Assembly: GCA_964545595.1 (NCBI GenBank)
Contig: CAZJGP010000210.1
Location: 1-39,351 of the forward strand
Reading direction: 5' to 3'
Length of the DNA stretch: 39,351 nt
Origin: an uncultured Flavobacteriaceae bacterium
Lineage (GTDB): Bacteria; Bacteroidota; Bacteroidia; Flavobacteriales; Flavobacteriaceae
Shown here: piece by piece, positions 16,800-25,486 of the stretch
How positions within the stretch are numbered: the first letter of the stretch is position 1
Layout of the letters: each line of letters opens with the position of its first letter
Translations under genes and position numbers: made by a program
Notes under the pieces: generated by a model
Told to the model about the DNA's origin: nothing
The model's input: only the letters and a program-made list of their open reading frames with translations
The model's database searches: none

Positions 16800-18635
16800 T
16801 TACTTTATTTGAGATGGTATAGTAAACCAAAAAGAACTTCCTTCTCCAAATACGGAGTCTACTCCAATTTCTCCATTTAAGCTTTCTACTATTTTTTTGC
16901 AATGAGCTAATCCAATACCAGTACCTTCATATTCTTCTCTATTATGAAGGCGCTGAAAAATTGCGAAAATTTTATTTAAATGATTTTCTTTTATTCCTAT
17001 ACCATTATCACTTACTGTAAATTTAAAGTAGACTTCAGAACTATCGGTGTTAGTTAAAAGTTTGTAATTAATATTAATTTTAGGAGGAGTATTTTTTTTA
17101 GAAAATTTAATAGCATTTGTAATTAAATTTTGAAATAGTAACCTGATTTCAGTTTTGTCAGCATGAATAACCGGTAGGTTGTTTATTGTTAAATCTGTTT
17201 TTGAAGTTTTAAGAAGGTCATGTAAATCTTTTTTTAGTTCAGCTAATGTTTTATTGGGGTCAATAGAATTAATCTCTTTAGCTTTTCCTAATTGAGAATA
17301 ATCTAATAAAGATTTTATAAGATCTTTCATTCTAATACTAGCTTGGTCTATATAAGAAAGGCTTTGCTTACCAACTTCATCCATTTTATCATGGTACTCT
17401 TCTTGAATTAGTTGAATAAAACTAGTAATAGTGTTTAGGGGTTCCTGAAGATCGTGGCTGGCTATATAGGTAAATTGCTCCATTTCTATATTTTGAGCCT
17501 CTAATATTTTAGTTTTCTCTTTTATAGCAGCGTTTTTTCTAAGTAATTTGTTATTTAAAATATTATTTTCTTTATTTTTTTTGTAGAGTGTAAAGCTAAA
17601 TAATAGAATGGCAACAATAAAAATATAAGCAAAAATGGTCTCTTTGTTTTTAAAGTTGATTTCGTTTTTTTGTTGGATTAAAGTTTCTTCTTGATTTTTG
17701 ATTTTAGAGATTTGTAGTTTTATAAAATCTTCTTTGTATTCAATTTCTTTTGTTTGATTTTTTAAAAACTCTTGTTGTCGTTTTATGAAAATCTCTAAGC
17801 TATCTAAAACAGTAATTTTTGATTCGTAATCAGAACGTTGTTTGTTTGTAAAAGATGATAATTCTTCTATTTCAATTTTCTTTTTATGAATTTTATTAAA
17901 CTGTTTAATAATTATATCTTTTTGAGTTTTTATTTCTTGGGCTTGGAGTGTGTTTATGTTTTTTTGTTCATTAAGATTGTTTTTTTGTTCATTAAAGGCA
18001 ACTTCTTGTTTTTTTAAAGTTTCTTCTTGAATCTTAATAGTCTTATTTTTATTACTAGCATCTTTTTCAGCTTCTTTATATAGTTCTTGCCATTTTAATT
18101 TAGAATTAATAGCACCTTCTTGAAAGCTTTTAGATATTCGAAAATTTTCGTTAGATAAATTTTCTGCATTCAGTTCGTATAAGAAACCTTGAGCAGTGCT
18201 AATAATATTTATCATTGAACTATTATAGTTATAGTTTTCTGAAATAACTAAAGTATTTTTTTTAGAAACTTTTTTAAGAATGCTTTCAATTTCATAATTG
18301 TAATTAGCATTTACGTATAATAAGGATATGTTTTTAATCTCGGATATTGAATTTATCTTCGTAAAACGCAGTTTTTTTCCGAATAAAGAACGTTTTGTAA
18401 AAGTTTTTTTTAGGTCTGATAAGACAGAATTATTACCTAGAACACCAACGGTAAAAGTATTTATTTGATCAATATTATTCCAAGCAATTTGTTTAGCGAA
18501 ATTATGTATTAAAATAGCTCTTTGTCTGTTTTTAATAGATTCGTCTGGCAACTGCTGTGCTTGTATAGCTAATGATGAAAATACTATTAATATTAAGACA
18601 AAAAAATGGTAGCTTTTCCTTATGGTGTAAATCAT
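16800..18635 (-). CDS. Sensor histidine kinase with N-terminal YfiR/HmsC(DUF4154)-like domain and long coiled coil
   Basis: Signal peptide; QRAILIHNFAKQIAW...FTVGVLG (YfiR-like); about 150-aa Gln-heptad coil; one TM; FTYIASHDLQEPL; NLITNAIKF; DNGIGI; FQRLH...GTGIGLA. Confidence 0.85.
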   Translation of the reverse strand: MIYTIRKSYHFFVLILIVFSSLAIQAQQLPDESIKNRQRAILIHNFAKQIAWNNIDQINTFTVGVLGNNSVLSDLKKTFTKRSLFGKKLRFTKINSISEIKNISLLYVNANYNYEIESILKKVSKKNTLVISENYNYNSSMINIISTAQGFLYELNAENLSNENFRISKSFQEGAINSKLKWQELYKEAEKDASNKNKTIKIQEETLKKQEVAFNEQKNNLNEQKNINTLQAQEIKTQKDIIIKQFNKIHKKKIEIEELSSFTNKQRSDYESKITVLDSLEIFIKRQQEFLKNQTKEIEYKEDFIKLQISKIKNQEETLIQQKNEINFKNKETIFAYIFIVAILLFSFTLYKKNKENNILNNKLLRKNAAIKEKTKILEAQNIEMEQFTYIASHDLQEPLNTITSFIQLIQEEYHDKMDEVGKQSLSYIDQASIRMKDLIKSLLDYSQLGKAKEINSIDPNKTLAELKKDLHDLLKTSKTDLTINNLPVIHADKTEIRLLFQNLITNAIKFSKKNTPPKININYKLLTNTDSSEVYFKFTVSDNGIGIKENHLNKIFAIFQRLHNREEYEGTGIGLAHCKKIVESLNGEIGVDSVFGEGSSFWFTIPSQIK

Positions 18636-18644
18636 CTATAATTT

Positions 18645-21332
18645 TTATAGTTTCAATAGAAGTTTAAAAGAATAATTAGAGCCTAAAATACCAAATTGCT
18701 GTACTCTTCTACTGAATATGAAATTTCCTTGCTCAGTATTTGCAGAATGAGATATCTTGTCAGGAAAGATATTAAATATATTTGCACCAGTAATGCTAAA
18801 CTTTAAATTGTTTAAAATGTTATATGATGCAGAAAGGTTTGTAATTACTTTTGGAGAAAATGTTTGATCTCTAGATTCAATTCTACCTGTAAAAGTATTT
18901 AATTCAAATACCTCAATATTATCTTCATTTGAATTTTTATAAGTTACACTTCCAAAAAAGGTGTTGTTTAAATTAAGTTCTAGTTTGTTAATTTGATAAT
19001 CTAATATAGATGTTATTTTAAATTCAGGGTGAGCTGTTTCAATTCTTGCTATTTCTTCTCTATTAAAAAAAGAAGATAAATTACTAGTAGAAGTGTTCGG
19101 GGTATTTACAGGGCCATCAAGTTTAGTTTTATTAATGTTGGCAGCAAGAGATGTTGTTAGTTTTCTATTAAATAACTTAGTGTTGTATACTAGTACGCCG
19201 TCAGCACCAAAGGTTTTAGTGTCAATTGCATTTGTTAGAAATTGAGCGTCAGAAACTCTCATATCATTAATTTGGTTAAGTGTACCTGATAATACAATTC
19301 TATCTTTAATTTTTATATTGTAGTAATCAAAAGTGAAGCTCAAATTATTTTTAATTCTAGATGTAAACCCTAAAGTAAAATGTTTAGATAATTCAGGCTT
19401 TAAAGTTTCTATGCCAAATTCTTTTGCTTGAGCACTTCCGTTATTAAAAGTACCTACTTGTCTAGTTACACCGTTTTTAATTTGTGTACTTATATTATTG
19501 AAAAATACTTGATGTAATGACGGAGCTCTGTATCCGGTTGAAAAACCTAAACGGAAATTTATAAAGTCTTTTATTTTATACCTGCTTGCAATTTTCCATA
19601 CCGTTTCGGCGCCAAAATCACTATAATTTTCATAGCGAGTCGCTCCTTTTATTAATAATTCATTGTTAATTTTTGCTTCAATTTCTAGATAGCCAGAAGT
19701 ATTGGTTCTAAATTCATTTAATTCGTTTTCAGGTTGTATTCCAGGGAAAACTTGAGCTCCAGCAATTTTAGGCAGTTCCTCTCCGCTTTCAGATATAAAA
19801 GTTGCTCCCCCGTCAATAAAAGAGTCAATTTCGCCAGCAGTAATTCTGTAATTTTCAATCCTCACTTCACCTCCAAAAGCAACGTTAACTCCATTTAAGT
19901 AATCAAAGTTTCTTGAAATATCGAAATTAGTGTTGTTTTGTTGGTAATAATACCCACCATTATTAAAAGATGTAGCCGAAGATTCTCCTAGCGAGGCGTT
20001 GTTTGTATTTGAGGTAGAGAAATCAAGCCTGTTGATTCCAATAGTATGGCTGAAATTTATATCCCAATAATTTTTAATACCATTAAACCCAATAGATATG
20101 GCGTCGTCTTGAATATCTGTTTCTATAGAAGGTGAAAAGCCATTAGGAAAAAGTGAAAGGACTACTCGGTCACTTTCTATTGGGAACCTAAAAAAACCTG
20201 TAGATTTACCTTGCCTGTGATTTCTTAAGGCAAATGCATAAATTTTATTAGTGTCATTAATCGGAATTTCAGTATTAATTGCAATACTAATATTTTCGGT
20301 TTCAGCAGGACCAACAGCTAATGTTTGTTGTTCGTTGAAACCTGTTTGTTCAAAAAAATTATTTTCAGTAATTAACCTTTGATCTTCAATTTTGTTATTA
20401 GAGAAAACAGCTCCAGTAAAATTTCCAGCTCTATTTGTTAAATTTCTAGTTCGGTATTCGGCAGTTACATTTATAAACCCTTTTTCTTTTATTTTAATAC
20501 CAAAGTTAGCTGAGGCAAAATTTGTTTCTCCGTCTCCTTCTGTATTTTTTAAAGTTCTTAGGTCAATATTTATATCTTTAGTTTGTTTTTTTAGAATTAT
20601 ATTAATTACTCCAGCGATAGCATCAGAACCATATTGAGATGTTGCGCCGTCTCTAAGGATTTCAATTCGTTCAATTGCAGATGTTGGGATGGCATTTAAA
20701 TCTGTTCCAACAGTTCCTCTACCAACTGTTCCATTTACATTTAATAAAGAACTTGTATGTCTTCTTTTCCCATTTATAAGAATAAGTACTTGATCAGGAC
20801 CCAAACCTCTTAGTGATATAGGGTCAATATGGTCTGTACCATCAGATATCGTTTGGTTATTTGAGTTAAAAGAAGGGGTTAAATAGTTTAATATGTTGGT
20901 TAATTCAATTTGATTAGAATTGGTAATATCTTCTGGTGATATTACATCTACAGGGACTGTAGTTTCTAAAGAAGATCTTGGAGCGGATCTAGATCCTAAA
21001 GAAAATTGTTCGTCGACGCCATTAGCAGATTCTAATTGAAAATCTAATTTTAAAGGAGTGTTTTTGTAGACTGTAATTTCTTTTTTTTGTTCTATATAAG
21101 TTATAAAATTAACCTTTATTGTCTGATTTCCGGAAGGAATAGTTAGGTTGTAGTGTCCATTAATGTCGGTGAAGGTATATGAAGGCTCTCCTTCAATAGC
21201 TATTTTAACACCGGGTAAAGGGCTATGTTTATCAGATATTGTGCCGTATACAGTACTGATCTCTTGAGCGTTAGAGACTTGTGAGTACAGTAAAATCAAT
21301 AAGCAGGTAAAAAGATAATTACTTTTGAGCAT
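18645..21332 (-). CDS. TonB-dependent receptor (895 aa)
   Basis: Signal peptide, N-terminal extension domain, plug motifs LRGLGPDQVLILINGKR and IERIEILRDGATSQYGSDAIAGVINIILK, barrel motifs GYRAPSL and NIFNIFP. Confidence 0.93.
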   Translation of the reverse strand: MLKSNYLFTCLLILLYSQVSNAQEISTVYGTISDKHSPLPGVKIAIEGEPSYTFTDINGHYNLTIPSGNQTIKVNFITYIEQKKEITVYKNTPLKLDFQLESANGVDEQFSLGSRSAPRSSLETTVPVDVISPEDITNSNQIELTNILNYLTPSFNSNNQTISDGTDHIDPISLRGLGPDQVLILINGKRRHTSSLLNVNGTVGRGTVGTDLNAIPTSAIERIEILRDGATSQYGSDAIAGVINIILKKQTKDINIDLRTLKNTEGDGETNFASANFGIKIKEKGFINVTAEYRTRNLTNRAGNFTGAVFSNNKIEDQRLITENNFFEQTGFNEQQTLAVGPAETENISIAINTEIPINDTNKIYAFALRNHRQGKSTGFFRFPIESDRVVLSLFPNGFSPSIETDIQDDAISIGFNGIKNYWDINFSHTIGINRLDFSTSNTNNASLGESSATSFNNGGYYYQQNNTNFDISRNFDYLNGVNVAFGGEVRIENYRITAGEIDSFIDGGATFISESGEELPKIAGAQVFPGIQPENELNEFRTNTSGYLEIEAKINNELLIKGATRYENYSDFGAETVWKIASRYKIKDFINFRLGFSTGYRAPSLHQVFFNNISTQIKNGVTRQVGTFNNGSAQAKEFGIETLKPELSKHFTLGFTSRIKNNLSFTFDYYNIKIKDRIVLSGTLNQINDMRVSDAQFLTNAIDTKTFGADGVLVYNTKLFNRKLTTSLAANINKTKLDGPVNTPNTSTSNLSSFFNREEIARIETAHPEFKITSILDYQINKLELNLNNTFFGSVTYKNSNEDNIEVFELNTFTGRIESRDQTFSPKVITNLSASYNILNNLKFSITGANIFNIFPDKISHSANTEQGNFIFSRRVQQFGILGSNYSFKLLLKL

Positions 21333-21410
21333 AAAGTATGTTTTAAAAATCGCTAATTTAATGTTTAATTGACGATTAACACACTTTGTAAGAAATAAGT
21401 TAATAAGTTG

Positions 21411-21846
21411 TTAAAAGGTTATTAATTCAGTTAAAATGTCTCTTGAGATCATTTTTTTTAGAAAATAAATAATTGATATTATATTTAGATATACGAGTCT
21501 TGTCTTCATTATTAAGTTCACGACCAATAGTGAAAACAATTTTAGAATCTTTGGAAAGAAGGTTTTCTTTGTTTAATTCATTTAATAATTCCCATTCATC
21601 CATTACTGGCATATTAATATCAAGAAAAATAATATCAAAATTAGAACTTTGTTTAAATAGTAATTTTACTTGTTTTAATGCCTCAAGTCCATTCTTAGAA
21701 GAGGTAATGTTTATTTAATTGTCAAATTTTTGAATCATTACTTTATTGAAAAAGTTAATAGATTCATTGTCATCTACAAGTAATATATTAGGATGCTTTA
21801 TTGGGTTTAGATTAGGAATATGTTTTGTTTCCTGAGTTATCTGAAT
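21411..21846 (-). pseudogene. Disrupted CheY-like receiver gene
   Basis: Reads ...HPNILLVDDNESINFFNKVMIQKFDN*INITSSKNGLEAL...IIFLDINMPVMDEW. In-frame TAA at 21717-21715, no ATG before LLVDD, and a probable +1 frameshift in the A8 run at 21452-21459. Confidence 0.8.
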
Positions 21847-22251
21847 TTAAAAAAGTAATTGATTAAGGTTTTGTTTAGTTATTGGTTTAGTAATAAATCC
21901 AGAAATATTTTTGTTAAAATTAGCTTTTTTAATGTCTTCTTTTCTTGAAGAAGAACTAAGCATATAAATTTTAATTTTTTTGTTTTCTAAAAAAATAAGG
22001 TTTTCATATTCATTTAAAAAATCCCACCCAACCATAGCTGGCATATTAATATCTAAAAAAATAATAGAGGGTAAAATGTTATCTCCTTCATTAGCTTTTT
22101 TTAAATAAATTAAAGCTTCTTCTGCTCCATTAGCTGTTATAACCTTATTAAATAAATTAGAATTAATTGCTAAATGTTGGTTAATAAAATTAGTTGCTTT
22201 ATCATCATCTATAAATAGAGCGCACTTTTCTGTATCAGTGTTTAATTCCAT
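21847..22251 (-). CDS. Single-domain response regulator (CheY/Rcp1-like)
   Basis: FIDDD, FLDINMP, MLSSS, FITKP; no output domain. Confidence 0.9.
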   Translation of the reverse strand: MELNTDTEKCALFIDDDKATNFINQHLAINSNLFNKVITANGAEEALIYLKKANEGDNILPSIIFLDINMPAMVGWDFLNEYENLIFLENKKIKIYMLSSSSRKEDIKKANFNKNISGFITKPITKQNLNQLLF

Positions 22252-22354
22252 TTTTTGCTAATATATATATAAAAGATCTTGTTTATATTATTTTGTTAAA
22301 ATGTGATTAAAATAGAGAGCTTATAATTAATTGTATTAAAAAAGAATTTTAAAT

Positions 22355-22388
22355 AAAAAAACCTAACTAATTATAGTCAGGTTTTTTT
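22355..22388 (-). terminator. Terminator after tRNA-Leu
   Basis: Minus strand AAAAAAACCTGACTA-TAAT-TAGTTAGGTTTTTTT. The G-U pair forms only on the minus strand. Confidence 0.85.
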
Positions 22389-22389
22389 G

Positions 22390-22471
22390 TGCGGGCGGGG
22401 AGACTCGAACTCCCACACCTTGCGGCACCAGATCCTAAGTCTGGCGTGTCTACCAATTCCACCACGCCCGC
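22390..22471 (-). tRNA. tRNA-Leu (anticodon TAG), CCA not encoded
   Basis: GCGGGCG acceptor stem, TGGTAGAC D-loop, CCAGA-CTTAGGA-TCTGG anticodon arm, long variable arm, GTTCGAGT T-loop. TATATTTG promoter element at 22514-22521. Confidence 0.97.
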
Positions 22472-22710
22472 ATTATATTTGCAATTATACTTAGGACTCT
22501 TGCAAAGCGAGTGCAAATATAGTTTTTTTTGTCGATTAAAAAAGGATTAGGAATAAATTTTATTTTTTTTTGAAAAGAATCTTTTTAAAATGTCATTTTT
22601 AAAAGAAAATAACGTCTATGTTTTTATTACGCAGAATAATTTTTTTTTTGGCCTGTATTTTGGTTGTTAATTTTTGGTTAAATAATATATTTGTAAAAAT
22701 AAAAAGAAAG

Positions 22711-24018
22711 ATGAAGATAGTTGTGGTTTTTTTGTTTGTTTTAGCACCTTTGTTGGGGGTATTAAATGCTCAAACAATTAGTGATGGTGTAAAAGAAAAT
22801 GTAAATGATACGGTTAATAGTGTTGTTTTAAAAAGACTTCCAGTAGAAGTTAATAGTAATGATGTTGTTAATAAGTTGAGTTTAGATTTTTTGCCAAAAA
22901 ATCTTAAAACAAATTTAGTAGAGCCTAAAATAAAGGCAGAAGGAGAGAGGGTAAAATTAGCAGTGCTTAAAGAAAAAGAGGTAGTTAAGGCAACGGAAGT
23001 AGGTTCAGAATTAACAGAGCTTAAAGAAAAGGAAGCAGCAGTAGGTTCGGAACTAACAGAGCTTAAAGGAAAAGAGGTAGTTAAAGTTGAAGATCAAAAA
23101 TTGGAATTAGCTGAAGTTAAAACAAAGAAAGAAGCTAAGACTAAAAAAGAAAAAAAGAAGAAAAGAAAGAAAAAAGGTAAAAAAATTATAGATACAACTA
23201 TACCACCTTCTAAATCTTTTGATTTGTCTGATTGGAGTTTAAGTGTACCTGTTGATGCTGATAATAACGGTAAAGCGGATCAGGTAAGAGAGAAAGAGTT
23301 AGTAGGTCCATATGCGAATGAATTCTTTTATTTGTCTGAAGATGGAGGAATGGTTTTTAAATGCCCTATAGATGGATATAAAACATCAGAAAACACCACT
23401 TATACTCGTTCAGAATTAAGAGAAATGTTGAGGGCTGGTGATTATTCAATAAATACACAAGGGGCTACTAAAAATAATTGGGTCTTTGAAGGATCTCCAT
23501 CTGTAAATGAAGCAGGTGGCTATGGAGGTAAGTTGACTGCAACTTTAGCAGTAAATCATGTTACTACAACAGGAGAAGCTAAACATGTAGGGCGTGTAAT
23601 TATTGGTCAAATTCATGCGCATCACAATGAGCCATTACGTTTATACTATCGTAAATTACCAAATAATAAAAAAGGGTCTATTTATTTTGCTCATGAAGGA
23701 AGAGTTAATGGTGAAGAAGATTTTTATGAGTTAATAGGGGCTAAATCTAATGAGCTTAATGATCCAGCAGATGGAATAGCTTTAAATGAAAAATTTTCAT
23801 ACGAAGTAATTGTTGCTGGTACAGCTTTAAGTATTAGGATAATAAGACCGAATAAGCCAACTATACATAAGGTTATAAGTATGAGTAAAAGTGATTATGC
23901 TGTTAAAGATGAATATATGTATTTTAAAGCAGGGGTTTATAATCAAAATAAAACAGGTAGACCAGCAGATTACGTACAAGCAACATTTTACGAATTATCA
24001 AATTCTCACACAAAATAG
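22711..24018 (+). CDS. PL7 alginate lyase with low-complexity charged N-terminal region (435 aa)
   Basis: RSELREM, IIGQIH, YFKAGVYNQ. Start moved to ATG 22711 (signal peptide MKIVVVFLFVLAPLLGVLNA|Q), downstream of TATATTTG at 22686-22693. Confidence 0.92.
   Translation: MKIVVVFLFVLAPLLGVLNAQTISDGVKENVNDTVNSVVLKRLPVEVNSNDVVNKLSLDFLPKNLKTNLVEPKIKAEGERVKLAVLKEKEVVKATEVGSELTELKEKEAAVGSELTELKGKEVVKVEDQKLELAEVKTKKEAKTKKEKKKKRKKKGKKIIDTTIPPSKSFDLSDWSLSVPVDADNNGKADQVREKELVGPYANEFFYLSEDGGMVFKCPIDGYKTSENTTYTRSELREMLRAGDYSINTQGATKNNWVFEGSPSVNEAGGYGGKLTATLAVNHVTTTGEAKHVGRVIIGQIHAHHNEPLRLYYRKLPNNKKGSIYFAHEGRVNGEEDFYELIGAKSNELNDPADGIALNEKFSYEVIVAGTALSIRIIRPNKPTIHKVISMSKSDYAVKDEYMYFKAGVYNQNKTGRPADYVQATFYELSNSHTK
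22963..23086 (+). repeat. Imperfect intragenic tandem repeat (42-bp unit)
   Basis: GTAGGTTC(A/G)GAA(T/C)TAACAGAGCTTAAAG at 22999 and 23041, encoding VGSELTELK twice. LKEKEVVK/LKGKEVVK is also repeated. Confidence 0.8.
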
Positions 24019-24073
24019 TTTGTAGTACAATAATTAAATAAGTACTTTTAAACGCTTTTTGAGTGTTTAAGCT

Positions 24074-24110
24074 AAAAAAGCAATTATCAATAATGATAGT
24101 TGCTTTTTTT
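24074..24110 (+). terminator. Terminator between the two PL7 genes
   Basis: AAAAAAGCAATTATCA-ATAA-TGATAGTTGCTTTTTTT. Confidence 0.85.
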
Positions 24111-24149
24111 CGTTTGTATAATAGTCACTTTTGTTAAAAAAAATATGTT

Positions 24150-25124
24150 ATGAGTTTTTACAGATTGAGTTTGTTGCCTATAATTTTCTTTAGTTGTTTG
24201 ACTGTTAAGTCTCAAAATTTAGTTTTGGCAATTGATAAAGAAGAAACTAAAGATGGAATATCAAAGAAAAATAACATAAAGTATTTAGCTCCTTCTACTA
24301 AGTTCGATTTGAAAAGTTGGTCTTTAAGTGTGCCATCTGATACGGATAAAAACAATAAAGCAGACCAAATAAAAGAAGCTAAACTAAGTAAAGGTTATGC
24401 AAGCGAATTTTTTTACTTGTCAGAAGACGGAGGAATGGTTTTTAAGAGTCCTATAAAAGGATTTAAAACATCTTCAAATACAAGCTATACTCGATCTGAG
24501 TTGAGAGAAATGTTACGAGCAGGGGATAAGTCTATTAAAGTAAAAGGACCATCTAAAAATAATTGGGTTTTAAAATCTTCAGGAAAAATTTATGATGCAG
24601 GTGGTTACGATGGGCAATTAAAAGCTACTTTGAAAGTTGATCATGTTACAACAACAGGAAATGATAATCAAATTGGTCGTGTAATTATTGGTCAAATACA
24701 TGCAGAACATAACGAACCGTTACGCGTTTATTATCGTAAACTGCCTAATAACGAATTGGGTTCTATATATTTTGCTCATGAAGGAAGAGATAACGGTAAA
24801 GAGGATTTTTATAATGTAATAGGGAGTAAGTCAAGTCAAGCTAAAAATCCCAAAAACGGAATTGCATTAGGAGAAAAATTCTCTTACCAAATTATTGTAA
24901 TTGATAATTCGTTAACGGTAAAAGTTATTAAAGAGTCTGGAGATGTTTTTCAAAAGACAATTGATATTAGAAAGAGTGGTTATGACCACAAAGACGAATA
25001 TATGTATTTTAAGTTAGGGGTGTATAATCAAAACAAAACAGGATTACCTGATGATTATGTACAGGCAACGTTTTATGACTTTAGTAATAGGCATAGAAAA
25101 TATGTAGAGCCAACTTATGATTAA
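24150..25124 (+). CDS. PL7 alginate lyase (324 aa)
   Basis: RSELREM, IIGQIH, YFKLGVYNQ; signal peptide; close paralog of the upstream gene. Confidence 0.92.
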   Translation: MSFYRLSLLPIIFFSCLTVKSQNLVLAIDKEETKDGISKKNNIKYLAPSTKFDLKSWSLSVPSDTDKNNKADQIKEAKLSKGYASEFFYLSEDGGMVFKSPIKGFKTSSNTSYTRSELREMLRAGDKSIKVKGPSKNNWVLKSSGKIYDAGGYDGQLKATLKVDHVTTTGNDNQIGRVIIGQIHAEHNEPLRVYYRKLPNNELGSIYFAHEGRDNGKEDFYNVIGSKSSQAKNPKNGIALGEKFSYQIIVIDNSLTVKVIKESGDVFQKTIDIRKSGYDHKDEYMYFKLGVYNQNKTGLPDDYVQATFYDFSNRHRKYVEPTYD

Positions 25125-25128
25125 TTTA

Positions 25129-25485
25129 TTAAAGACCTTCTAGTAAGGTCTTTTCTTTTTTTGTCATTTTGGCTATTACTAATGTATAAGAATCGTCAAT
25201 CATTCCCTTAAGTAGTTCGGTAGGTAAGCTGTTTTCAAAGATTACAGTGTTCCAATGCTTTTTATTCATGTGGTAACCAGGTGTAATTTGGCTATATAAT
25301 TCTCGTAAATTAATAGCTTTTTCAGGGTTGCATTTTAAATTTACTGCGAATGGTTTTTTACTAATGCTAGTTAGTGCAAATACTTTATTTAAAACTTTAA
25401 AAACAAGTGTAGTTTCATCAAAAGGGAAAGATTCTGATACGCCTTTTTTGGATAAACAATAGTCTCTAAATGTTTCAATATCCAT
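25129..25485 (-). CDS. MmcQ/YjbR-family protein
   Basis: FPFDETTLVFKV, NLKCNPE, PGYHMNKKHWN, IDDSY. ATG at 25485. Confidence 0.9.
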   Translation of the reverse strand: MDIETFRDYCLSKKGVSESFPFDETTLVFKVLNKVFALTSISKKPFAVNLKCNPEKAINLRELYSQITPGYHMNKKHWNTVIFENSLPTELLKGMIDDSYTLVIAKMTKKEKTLLEGL

Positions 25486-25486
25486 T

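Noticed and set aside
21427-21612. 61-aa ORF as an independent gene
   Set aside because: It is the C-terminal half of the disrupted receiver gene and lacks the acidic pocket and the phospho-accepting Asp.
22390-22420. attL/attR duplication of the tRNA-Leu 3' end, or a prophage/ICE
   Set aside because: No second copy was noticed by eye, and no integrase, transposase or phage gene is in the window.
22963-23086. CRISPR-like repeats
   Set aside because: The repeats are in-frame coding duplications with no unique spacers and no cas genes.
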